Shown here in pieces: positions 11,741 to 20,043 of a DNA stretch of 32,000 nucleotides. The notes below the pieces were generated by a model. The model saw only the letters and a list, made by a program, of their open reading frames with translations. It ran no database searches and was not told the DNA's origin. Source of the stretch: Candidatus Saccharimonadota bacterium (GTDB taxonomy: Bacteria; Pseudomonadota; Gammaproteobacteria; Enterobacterales; Enterobacteriaceae); contig CP145872.1 of assembly GCA_041941795.1 (NCBI GenBank), positions 420,001-452,000 of the forward strand, read 5' to 3'. The position numbers were made by a program, and so were the translations under genes. The first letter of the stretch is position 1. Every line of letters begins with the position of its first letter.

Positions 11741-12208
11741 TTAATGAGTAGAAGTAGGAATTTCAGGTATTATATTAACTAATATTTTCGTTTTAACATG
11801 AGGATGAAAATCTAATAATACTTCATGTTGACCACTAGTTCGTAAACTATCCTCTGGTAGTTTAATTTCATTTCTATGAATTAGAATACCGGTCATTATA
11901 ATGCTATTCATAATTTCTCGAGTTCCAATAGAACCAAATAATTTACCTTCAGGTCCAATTTTAGCAGGAATTTTGAATTCTCCCACAGATTGAATCTGAG
12001 CGGATCGTTTTAAAGCATTATTTAATAATTCTAATTTGTTGGTTTCTAATTGTTGTTGTTGTGTATAAAAAAAATCTATATTCTGAGGAGTAGCAGGAAG
12101 AGCTAATCGTCTCGGAAATAAAAAATTTCTAGCATATCCCGCTTTGACCGAAACTTGCTCTCCACATTTACCTAAATTTGATACAGTATCGAGTAAAATA
12201 ATTTTCAC
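11741..12208 (-). CDS. rplI: 50S ribosomal protein L9
   Basis: 155 aa, MKIILLDTVSNLGKCGEQVSVKAGYARNFLFPRRLALPAT. L9. Convergent with rplQ, with only 19 nt between the two stops. Confidence 0.95.
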   Translation of the reverse strand: MKIILLDTVSNLGKCGEQVSVKAGYARNFLFPRRLALPATPQNIDFFYTQQQQLETNKLELLNNALKRSAQIQSVGEFKIPAKIGPEGKLFGSIGTREIMNSIIMTGILIHRNEIKLPEDSLRTSGQHEVLLDFHPHVKTKILVNIIPEIPTSTH

Positions 12209-12247
12209 TATTATATGTTCTCCGTAGAGATTGAAAGATCTAGATCA

Positions 12248-12472
12248 TTATTGACGATCAGTATAGGATAATAAAGATAAAAAACGCGCTATTTTTATAG
12301 CTCTCGATAATTGTCGTTGATATTTAGCACACGTACCAGTAATCCTACTCGGAACTATTTTACCACTTTCACTAATATAGTTTTTAATAGTAGAAATATC
12401 CTTATAATCAATAATTTTTACGCCTTCTGCAGTGAAACGACAAAATTTACGTCGCCGAAAATAATATGTCAT
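12248..12472 (-). CDS. rpsR: 30S ribosomal protein S18
   Basis: 74 aa, [70 protein letters not shown]. Near-identical to E. coli S18. Confidence 0.97.
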   Translation of the reverse strand: MTYYFRRRKFCRFTAEGVKIIDYKDISTIKNYISESGKIVPSRITGTCAKYQRQLSRAIKIARFLSLLSYTDRQ

Positions 12473-12534
12473 TTATTAGTAATCCTCTCTTAATTTCTTT
12501 ACTCTTGTTTTATCTATTTTATTATATAATAATA

Positions 12535-12774
12535 CTACCAAATTTTGGTTTTATGATAAAAATCAGTTGTTTCTTTCTTCATTGAGAATTTGAGATATAT
12601 ATTTGTAATCTTCCTCTTTGTGTTCTTAAGTTTTTCAGATGCATACCTTTTTGAAAGCAATGAAAAAAGATCTAATAAAACTACATATTCTTGTTCTTTT
12701 AATAAGAATATTTTATCCACCGAAACACATAATAATTGGATATGAAAATTAAATAACTCCGTTTTAACTTTCAC
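12535..12774 (-). CDS. 79-codon GTG-initiated ORF in the priB slot; possibly a degenerate or truncated priB, possibly non-functional
   Basis: Occupies the rpsF-rpsR gap where priB sits in E. coli, and its GTG overlaps the last codons of rpsF by 11 nt. Only faint collinear resemblance to E. coli PriB (N.L.L...V near the N-terminus; [13 protein letters not shown] vs RITVQGFISCHKAK). It is about 25 codons shorter. Confidence 0.25.
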   Translation of the reverse strand: MKVKTELFNFHIQLLCVSVDKIFLLKEQEYVVLLDLFSLLSKRYASEKLKNTKRKITNIYLKFSMKKETTDFYHKTKIW

Positions 12775-13132
12775 TTTTTTTCAAGATATTATCACTCTCT
12801 TGTATATCTTGTTTTAACAATTTTGCTATAGGAGATATTTCAGTAAACGCATGTTTTACGCTCATTATAATACTTCTAATAATCTTATCATTATAGCGAA
12901 AATTAACATTTAACTCTTTAATCACAGATGGAGTACTTTCTATGTTAAAAAGAACATAATGGGCTTTATGTAATTTCTTAATTGGGTAAGCTAAAGTACG
13001 TCGTCCCCAATTTTCTAGACGATGTATTTTTCCTCCCTGCGAAGTAATAGTGTTGGAATAAGTATCTATTAAGATCTGTACTTCTTCACTATGATCAGGA
13101 TGGATCATCAATACGATTTCGTAATGACGCAT
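12764..13132 (-). CDS. rpsF: 30S ribosomal protein S6
   Basis: 122 aa, [18 protein letters not shown]......Y...I...[30 protein letters not shown]6. Confidence 0.96.
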   Translation of the reverse strand: MRHYEIVLMIHPDHSEEVQILIDTYSNTITSQGGKIHRLENWGRRTLAYPIKKLHKAHYVLFNIESTPSVIKELNVNFRYNDKIIRSIIMSVKHAFTEISPIAKLLKQDIQESDNILKKSES

Positions 13133-13168
13133 TAAAATTTTCTCCTTTTTTCGATCTATGGTTCTTAT

Positions 13169-13930
13169 TTAAGATTTATTAAAATTATCAAAAAATCGCT
13201 GTCGCACTGCTTCAAAAAGACAGATACCTGTTGCTACAGAGACGTTAAGGGTGGATATATTTCCGAGTATAGGAATACTAACCAACTCATCACAATATTT
13301 TTTCGTTACACTCCTTATTCCATGAGATTCTGAACCCATAACTAATGCTATAGATCCAGTCAATTTAATCTTATAAAGAGAGTGGTGTGAGTTTGCACTT
13401 GTTCCTATCACCGATACTTGGCATTCTTCAGTAAGGGTTCTTAACATTTGGTTAATATTAGTAACCGTAAAAATATTGATATCTTCCAAAGAACTACACG
13501 CAATTTTTTTTACTGTAGCATTATTAATCTTTGCAGAACGATGTTTAGAAATTACCACTGCATCCACCCCGGCAGCATTTGCTGTACGTAAACAAGCTCC
13601 TAAATTATAGGGATCAGTGATCCTATCTAATACTAATAATAAGGGATCGATTTTATTTATTAAAAATTTTAATAAATCTTTTTCACCCAATCTCGGTTCA
13701 TCTGTTGTAATATGTAATAAAATTCCTTGATGTACTTTTCCTCCAGTTTGCAAATTCATCCACTTAATGCTGACAGGATGGATAAGAATTTCTTGTTTTT
13801 CAAGAAGATCTATTATAGATTGCAAACGTTTGTTTTTAAATTCTTTTATAATATATGCTACTTTACAACATTGAGGTTTAGATTGTAGGAGTGAATAAAC
13901 TGCATGGATTCCATAAATTAACTTACTCAT
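13169..13930 (-). CDS. rlmB: 23S rRNA (guanosine-2'-O)-methyltransferase RlmB (SpoU/TrmH family)
   Basis: 253 aa. IYGIHAV..LL at the N-terminus, SpoU motifs ...LVLDRITDPYNLGACLRTANAAGVDAVV..., ...ALVMGSESHGIR... and ...IPILGNISTLNVSVATGICLFEAVRQR. Lies in the E. coli-like position relative to purA and rpsF. Confidence 0.9.
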   Translation of the reverse strand: MSKLIYGIHAVYSLLQSKPQCCKVAYIIKEFKNKRLQSIIDLLEKQEILIHPVSIKWMNLQTGGKVHQGILLHITTDEPRLGEKDLLKFLINKIDPLLLVLDRITDPYNLGACLRTANAAGVDAVVISKHRSAKINNATVKKIACSSLEDINIFTVTNINQMLRTLTEECQVSVIGTSANSHHSLYKIKLTGSIALVMGSESHGIRSVTKKYCDELVSIPILGNISTLNVSVATGICLFEAVRQRFFDNFNKS

Positions 13931-14424
13931 GTTAATATAAGTGATATTTTTACTTTATTTTGGTAAAAATTCATTAAGTTTTTCCAAAGGTTTTCTCAAA
14001 TTTATTTTTTATTAAAAGAAAAAATATTAATTGAGATAGTAGAAAAGATAAAGTTCTATCTAGTAGATAGATGAGTACTAAAATATTTGAGGCTTTATCT
14101 AAGCATTAACATTTTTTATGTCTCTCGGATAAAAGATAATATTTATTATATCTAAATTTAATAACACAGAATGAATTTGAATATATTTTTCATTTCTTTC
14201 ACTTAGTTTATTAATTTTTCGAGGGAAGATATTTAAATTATAATTTTTACATTAGTTAATAATTCAAACTATCCTCTTGACATATGGTACGGTACTTATA
14301 GAGCCATCTCTCTTCTTCTGAAGAGAATAATTATCTTTATTCATCAATAAGAAAAAAGATAATAATCTTTAACCTGTATAGATCAAGGATTACGTAAAAA
14401 AATAATAGTGTTTCCTTTGTGCTG

Positions 14425-15288
14425 ATAATGTTAAATCGCACCACTTTGGATGCCTTGCGTAGATTCTGTCCATCCTAGCTTTTATCGGTGGAATATTTTC
14501 TATTCCTCTGTTAGAGAGGGTAGAGACTTTATTTAAGAACCATCCTATCTTTCATAGATCACATATATTTTTAATTTTTTTTTTCAACCATCGAGTACAT
14601 CTCATTTGGTTAGACACAGTTCGCACAAAGAATTAACTTCTATGGCTCAGGAGAGCCTAACTATTTTACCCTTGTTGATCCAGATTCATTTCTTTTTTAT
14701 ATAAAGGTATTCTCCCACTTTATCTGTTAATTTCGTTGTAAATGCTTTCACTATGCCGATAATATTCTCTATATAACGAAGTCCAATTACTCCTCCCGTT
14801 ACTATCGTATTAGAAGAAGTCACATAGCGATATGTTCCAGGATCTATAGCCAGCAACATTCCTTGCGAACCTTTATCTTCGTCAGCAGGATCTATTACTT
14901 TGCCAGTCATTCCTATTATCTTGTTTTTCTGTACTTTTTCTCTAGGTCTATCTAAAGACCTATAAGGGGATAAAACTAACAAACGTTATGAGTAGATAAT
15001 AATCATTCTCTGATGGAAATCACTATATTTTGAATTCTTGTATTTTTTTTGAATAACTACTCTGGGGCTCCTATCAATCCAGGACTTATTATATTTATAA
15101 TATTTTTATATAAAATTTCCGAGCAAATTAAATGTCAAATAGTTTTTTTTTACCATTTATTACTAGAGTATGTCGTCATTATAGCCTCCTGGAAATGTTA
15201 CGACATAATTAGCGCGGGATCTTAATAAATTTACCATTTTTCCCTTCTCTTCATCAACCCATGGCGGACTTCCAATTACAATATTTTA
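14425..15288 (-). pseudogene. purA: Adenylosuccinate synthetase pseudogene (multiple stops, frameshifts and internal deletions; start codon lost)
   Basis: Minus-strand translation:
- 15285 downward: NIVIGSPPWVDEEKGKMVNLLRSRANYVVTFPGGYNDDIL***MVKKNYLTFNLLGNFI (cf. E. coli [57 protein letters not shown]).
- ORF 14686-14982: [36 protein letters not shown] fused to [22 protein letters not shown]...; about 80 codons are missing between these two PurA motifs.
- 14584-14646: AIEVNSLCELCLTK*DVLDG* (cf. [21 protein letters not shown]).
- 14559 downward: IYER*DGS* (cf. IYETMPGWSE).
The 3' boundary is approximate. Confidence 0.85.
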
Positions 15289-15385
15289 CCGATTTTTATA
15301 TCACTAATAATTTTTATTAAAGCTAGTTCTACTTTAATCATTTTGGGAAATAGAACTTAAATATAACTAAATAATTTATTATTAC

Positions 15386-15459
15386 TCGGCACGAGAGGAT
15401 TTGAACCTCTGACCCCTGCCACCCCATGACAGTGCGCTACCAAACTGCGCTACGTGCCG
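15386..15459 (-). tRNA. tRNA-Pro (anticodon GGG), no encoded CCA
   Basis: Reverse complement: CGGCACGTAGCGCAGTTTGGTAGCGCACTGTCATGGGGTGGCAGGGGTCAGAGGTTCAAATCCTCTCGTGCCGA. It folds as a cloverleaf (7-bp acceptor, anticodon loop AT-GGG-GT) and is near-identical to E. coli proL. It lies 5 nt downstream of rplY. Confidence 0.95.
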
Positions 15460-15464
15460 TAAAT

Positions 15465-15755
15465 TCATAATTCAACTCGGATAAAATCAATATGAATAAT
15501 TTTAGACTTAAATGGATGGTGCTGGACTTCTTTAACTTTTACAGAGTTTTGTTGATTATTTACAATGATGATGAGTTTTTCAGTAAAAAATTTACTTTTT
15601 TCTTGTAACTTTATTACAAGATTATGATCCAATATTATAAATAGAGGAGGATGATTGCCTCCATAAATAATAGCGGGGAACCTATTACCTGCTCGTAAAC
15701 GTCTACTAGCAGAGGTACCATGTATAATTTTGGGGATAGCATTAATCGTAATCAT
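15465..15755 (-). CDS. rplY: 50S ribosomal protein L25
   Basis: MITINAIPK...GTSASRRLRAGNRFPAIIYGGNHPPLFIILDHN...HPFKSKIIHIDFIRV matches E. coli L25 (MFTINAEVR...). By homology I prefer ATG 15755. The ORF track start at 15773 adds MKKNDK and cannot be excluded. Confidence 0.92.
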   Translation of the reverse strand: MITINAIPKIIHGTSASRRLRAGNRFPAIIYGGNHPPLFIILDHNLVIKLQEKSKFFTEKLIIIVNNQQNSVKVKEVQHHPFKSKIIHIDFIRVEL

Positions 15756-15891
15756 TTTATCGTTTTTTTTCATCCAATTAAAAAATTATCATAACATTTA
15801 ATGTGAGTAACTGTAGGGAATTAGGTTCCTAGTAATTTTTATCATATTTTTTCTTCTTTCTTAAAGAAAGAGATTTAGATTAAATCTGATT

Positions 15892-16731
15892 TCATCCAAT
15901 TCTTTTTAACCACGAAATTTCTTCTTTCCATCTTAAAAAATTAGGAGTTTCGAGTATCATAGGTATTTTCTCAAAACGAATATCTTTTATTATCCATTTA
16001 AAAGATGATAAGCCTATATTACCTTGCCCTAAATTGGCGTGACGATCAATGCGACTATTAAGAAAATTTTTACTGTCATTAAGATGCATAGCCCGTAGAT
16101 ATGTTAGGTTAATAATTTTATCAAACTCCAAAAAAGTTTTTTGATATGTGTCCTCTGTAGTAAAATTATAACCAGCAGCAAAAGCATGACAAGTATCAAA
16201 ACATACTCCAATACGAGATTTATCTTCTACTTGATCAATGATTGATGCAATTTGTTCAAAACTATGGCCAATAGTACTTCCCTGTCCCGCTGTGTTTTCA
16301 ATAAGACCAATTATATTAGTTGTATTATCAAATGCTATATTAATAGATTCAGCTACACGTTTAATACATGAGAATATACTTATCTGATTTAAATGATTAC
16401 CAGGATGAAAATTAATAAATTTTAATTTTAATTTATTACAACGATTTATTTCATCTATAAAGGATTCTCGTGATTTTTCTAAATTGTATTTTACCGGATG
16501 TCCAAGATTAATTAAATAACTAGTATGCGGCACGATCTGTTGAGATGTAAAATTATATATTTTACAAAATTTAATAAAATTGTTAATGCTTTCTTTATTC
16601 ATCTGCACAGACATCCACTGACGAGGATTTTTAACAAAAAGTGCAAAGGCAGACGCATTAAGATTATGAGCTTGTAATACCGCATTTTTTAAACCACCTT
16701 TTATACTAACATGGCTTCCTATATATTTCAT
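15892..16731 (-). CDS. nfo: Endonuclease IV (AP endonuclease)
   Basis: MKYIGSHVSIKGGL.NA......L.ASAFALF.KN.RQW ... NFHPG.HL ... ENTAGQGS.IG ... DTCHAFAAGY ... MHLNDSK......DRHA.LG.GNIG ... ILETP. Collinear with E. coli Nfo. Start set at ATG 16731; the track's start at 16770 is an upstream TTG. Confidence 0.95.
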   Translation of the reverse strand: MKYIGSHVSIKGGLKNAVLQAHNLNASAFALFVKNPRQWMSVQMNKESINNFIKFCKIYNFTSQQIVPHTSYLINLGHPVKYNLEKSRESFIDEINRCNKLKLKFINFHPGNHLNQISIFSCIKRVAESINIAFDNTTNIIGLIENTAGQGSTIGHSFEQIASIIDQVEDKSRIGVCFDTCHAFAAGYNFTTEDTYQKTFLEFDKIINLTYLRAMHLNDSKNFLNSRIDRHANLGQGNIGLSSFKWIIKDIRFEKIPMILETPNFLRWKEEISWLKRIG

Positions 16732-17257
16732 ATAAATTTTAAAAAAATTAAATATTACTGATATTACCAAAATAATTTTATTTGTGATAATTAAGAATTA
16801 TATTTTTTATATTACCCGAAAAATTTATTTAGTTCAAAAAAAACACAATATAGAGCTATTCTAGGTAATATTAAGCTATTTATAATAATAACTTTTTTAG
16901 TGATGATAAATACATCTTTCTTAGATTAAGAAGGGTACTACTTACTTAAGCGCTCTAGATCCAAAAAATCATTTTTAAATATCAACCACTATATTGAAGC
17001 TTTTTGTAATCTTAAATATAATAATTATTTATACAGATATTCTTTGTTATAAAGATGAAAAAAGATATTAATTATGCATTATCTATTATGTAATGAATCA
17101 CTGAATCAGTCTAGTTGACGTACTCCTTATAAAGAACTATTTTTAGATTTTTAAGTAAAATGTTAAAGAAAATTTAACACAATATTTTACTTCATATATT
17201 TCGTTTGTATTTTATTTTGTAAATATTTATTTTTCTAATTAGAGAAGAAGCATAAAA

Positions 17258-17503
17258 TTGAAAACCACTAATTGTGTTAACATAATAATTATTTTTAAAG
17301 GTAAAAAATTTACTGGTAATAAGCAAGAAATATTAATAGAACAACTTGAAAATCAAGGTTTTAGAATTCCTTATTATTGTCGAGTAGGAATTTGTGGCGA
17401 ATGTAAACTACAATTGATCGCCGGAAAAATAATTCCTCCGGCTATAAATAAATTTTTTCTATCTTGCTCTTCCATACCTAATAGTAATATTGAAATAGTT
17501 TAA
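17258..17503 (+). CDS. yfaE: Small [2Fe-2S] ferredoxin, YfaE-like
   Basis: 81 aa. It has a plant-type C-x4-C-x2-C...C pattern (YYCRVGICGECKLQLIAGK...LSCSS) and ends NIEIV, as E. coli YfaE ends (YQCREGYCGSCRTRLVAGQ...DIEIEM). It has a TTG start preceded by AGAGAAGAAG. The start codon is uncertain. Confidence 0.75.
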   Translation: MKTTNCVNIIIIFKGKKFTGNKQEILIEQLENQGFRIPYYCRVGICGECKLQLIAGKIIPPAINKFFLSCSSIPNSNIEIV

Positions 17504-17831
17504 CAGTAAGCATACTACTATTAATTAGTACTTTGAGGATATTGATTGCATTTTATATTAGATGAGAGTAAATATACTGAATATATTATTCGTTCAAGGA
17601 TTTGAATAATCTGAATCAATTAGAGATCTAATCTGGAAATAGAGATGGAATTTTTTTTAAAAAATTGTTGATTCATGTTTTTTTTGATACCCCAGTTAAT
17701 ATTTGCTCTTGTAGGACAATAGAATTGTTTCTAAGTTTTTCTAAATGAGATAGGCTCCATAAAGACAGTAAGAAAAAATAATTAATAACTTAATTAAAAC
17801 ATTATCTTCTCAAATATCCTAATATATTATA

Positions 17832-19232
17832 ATGAACAGAGTTTCAGTGATAGATATCCTTCAAGGTAGGATTGATATTAATACAATTGTAACTTTAACA
17901 GGATGGGTTCGAACTCGAAGATCATCAAAGGCGGGTATTTCATTTATATCTCTAAATGATGGTTCTTGCTTAAAGAGTATGCAAGTTATTACAGATGAAT
18001 CATTATCTAATTATAAACAAGAAATATTACGTTTATCTACAGGATGTTCGGTCATTGTAACAGGTGAGCTAGTAATTTCTCCCGGAAAGAATCAAAAGTG
18101 GGAGATTATTACTCATAAAATTGAGATATTAGGGTGGGTAGAAAATCCTGAAACTTATCCTATTTCATCAAAAAAACATTCGGTACAATACTTACGAGAT
18201 CTTCTTCATTTACGTCCACGTACCAATTTCATTAGTTCTATGATCCGAATACGTCATAGCATTGCTCAAGCTATCCATACTTTTTTTCATAAAAATGGAT
18301 ATTGGTGGATATCTACTCCAATTATTACTTCTGCTGATCCTGAAGGTATAGGATCCATGTTTCGGATAACCACATTAGATCTAGATCATTTACCACGGAA
18401 CTCCCATGGTAATATAGATTTTAGAAAGGATTTTTTTGGTAAGGAAATCTTTCTTACTGGCACGGGACAGTTAAATGGAGAAGCCTATGCTTGTGCTTTA
18501 AAAAAAATTTATACTTTTGGTCCTACTTTTCGAGCAGAAAATTCTAATACTAGTCGTCATTTATCCGAATTCTGGATGGTTGAACCGGAAGTAGCATTTG
18601 CTACATTACAGGATATTATTATCTTAGCAGAAGAACTATTAAAATCGATTATAAGAACAGTGCTCAGTGAACGAGAAGAAGATATAAATTTTTTATCTTC
18701 TTTTTTAGATGTAAGAATTATACCAACTTTAGAAAAATTTCTTTCTAATAGAATTATTCGGATAGATTATACTGAAGCTATAAAAATCCTCTTATCTAGT
18801 AATAATAAATTTACAATTCCAGTCTTCTGGGGCATTGATCTGGCCTCGGAACATGAACGATATCTAACTGAGCATTATTTTCATCAACCTATAGTGGTGA
18901 TAAATTATCCTAAAGATATCAAGGCTTTTTATATGCGTATTAATGATGATAGTAAAACTGTAGCTTCTATGGATCTTTTAGTTCCGGGGATAGGTGAAAT
19001 TATTGGTGGTTCTCAGCGAGAGGAAAGAATTAGCTTCCTTGATAGTCGTTTAGATGCATTGGGATTAAAAAAAGAAGATTATTATTGGTATCGTGATTTA
19101 CGAAAGTATGGTACAGTTCCTCATTCAGGTTTTGGTTTAGGTTTTGAACGTTTAATATCGTATATAACTGGAATACCGAATATAAGAGATGTCATTCCTT
19201 TTCCTAGAACTGCAAGAAATGCTCGTCTGTAG
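17832..19232 (+). CDS. asnS: Asparagine--tRNA ligase
   Basis: 466 aa, the same length as E. coli AsnS and collinear with it (…[14 protein letters not shown]…[28 protein letters not shown]…GGSQREER…[32 protein letters not shown]). Confidence 0.98.
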   Translation: MNRVSVIDILQGRIDINTIVTLTGWVRTRRSSKAGISFISLNDGSCLKSMQVITDESLSNYKQEILRLSTGCSVIVTGELVISPGKNQKWEIITHKIEILGWVENPETYPISSKKHSVQYLRDLLHLRPRTNFISSMIRIRHSIAQAIHTFFHKNGYWWISTPIITSADPEGIGSMFRITTLDLDHLPRNSHGNIDFRKDFFGKEIFLTGTGQLNGEAYACALKKIYTFGPTFRAENSNTSRHLSEFWMVEPEVAFATLQDIIILAEELLKSIIRTVLSEREEDINFLSSFLDVRIIPTLEKFLSNRIIRIDYTEAIKILLSSNNKFTIPVFWGIDLASEHERYLTEHYFHQPIVVINYPKDIKAFYMRINDDSKTVASMDLLVPGIGEIIGGSQREERISFLDSRLDALGLKKEDYYWYRDLRKYGTVPHSGFGLGFERLISYITGIPNIRDVIPFPRTARNARL

Positions 19233-19240
19233 ACTAATAT

Positions 19241-19260
19241 TCCTTGATAAGGACTTTTTT
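19241..19260 (+). terminator. Weak candidate intrinsic terminator after asnS
   Basis: TCCTT-GAT-AAGGA hairpin (5-bp stem) followed by C and TTTTTT, starting 9 nt after the asnS stop. The stem is short, so support is weak. Confidence 0.25.
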
Positions 19261-19276
19261 AGTTCAAATCCAATTA

Positions 19277-19306
19277 TTGACAAAAATAATTTTTATATTT
19301 TATAAT
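19277..19306 (+). promoter_or_regulatory. Consensus sigma70 promoter upstream of tRNA-Asn
   Basis: Perfect -35 TTGACA (19277-19282), an 18-nt spacer, and perfect -10 TATAAT (19301-19306). The tRNA-Asn 5' end lies 19 nt downstream of the -10. Confidence 0.6.
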
Positions 19307-19324
19307 ACAGATCAAATTTATTGA

Positions 19325-19400
19325 TCCTCTGTAGTTCAGTTGGTAGAACGGCGGACTGTTAATCCGTATGTCACTGGTTCGAGTCCAGTCAGAGGAGCCA
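19325..19400 (+). tRNA. tRNA-Asn (anticodon GTT), CCA encoded
   Basis: TCCTCTGTAGTTCAGTTGGTAGAACGGCGGACTGTTAATCCGTATGTCACTGGTTCGAGTCCAGTCAGAGGAGCCA differs from E. coli tRNA-Asn by one base in the D-loop. Confidence 0.97.
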
Positions 19401-19898
19401 TAAATTATTCACTTTATTTTGAAGAATCTCAAAATTATAACTGTAATTATTCACAGAACTCTTAAAATGATATTCTTTATAGATGCACTGCCATTGATCA
19501 GAAGCATATAATGGGAAATAAGTATCTCCGGATACTTCTAAGTCAATAGAAGTGAGATAAAGAAAATTAGCTACACTTAATAACTGATTATATAGGCTCT
19601 CTCCACCAATAACCATAATTTCTTTAGCCTGGCAAGCAAGTTCTAGAGCCGCTGATATTGAGGGAACAAAAAATACGTCTTTATTATGTTTATTTATTGT
19701 TTTACTAATCACGATATTATATCTGCCCCTTAAAGGCATTGCTCCCAGAGATTCCCAGGTACAGCGTCCCATAATAATAGGTTTATTCCAAGTATGTTTT
19801 TTGAACCAAATTTTATCCAGGGGTAAATTCCATGGTAAGGAATTTTTGATCCCAATAACGTTATTATAAGATCTAGCTACAATTAAACTTATTATCAT
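19389..19898 (-). CDS. folA: Dihydrofolate reductase
   Basis: MIISLIVARSYNNVIGIKNSLPWNLP.D..WFKKHTWNKPIIMGRCTWESLG matches E. coli FolA from its Met1, so the start is set at ATG 19898 rather than the track's 19961. The C-terminus (…YSYNFEILQNKVNNLWLL) is about 10 aa longer than E. coli FolA. Its last 12 nt are antisense to the 3' end of tRNA-Asn. Confidence 0.93.
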   Translation of the reverse strand: MIISLIVARSYNNVIGIKNSLPWNLPLDKIWFKKHTWNKPIIMGRCTWESLGAMPLRGRYNIVISKTINKHNKDVFFVPSISAALELACQAKEIMVIGGESLYNQLLSVANFLYLTSIDLEVSGDTYFPLYASDQWQCIYKEYHFKSSVNNYSYNFEILQNKVNNLWLL

Positions 19899-20043
19899 TT
19901 TAAGATGTCTTTTATAAAAAAGTATATAAAAATATAAATTAGAAAAAATTTTCTTTATCACATAAAGAATGGTTAATAATACCTAACATAAAATTCATAG
20001 TCACCAGAAGGATTATTCATCTTAATGATATTGTTTCTTCTTT

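Noticed and set aside
11700-11745. AAATTAA-CATTCTAA-TTAATTT hairpin in the 19-nt gap between the convergent rplQ and rplI, considered as a bidirectional terminator.
   Set aside because: The stem is 7 bp of A-T pairs only, with no flanking U-tract beyond the general AT-richness. It cannot be distinguished from background.
12311-12493. 60-codon plus-strand ORF opposite rpsR. Also 28453-28680 (+), an alternative frame inside hscB, and 30651-30884 (-), opposite fdx.
   Set aside because: They overlap conserved genes in another frame or strand, and their products are low-complexity with no recognisable motifs.
14686-14982. 98-codon ORF that could be annotated as a small protein-coding gene.
   Set aside because: It is the longest surviving in-frame fragment of the purA pseudogene. 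It fuses two PurA motifs across a deletion of about 80 codons. It has no proper start context, and broken PurA pieces flank it on both sides.
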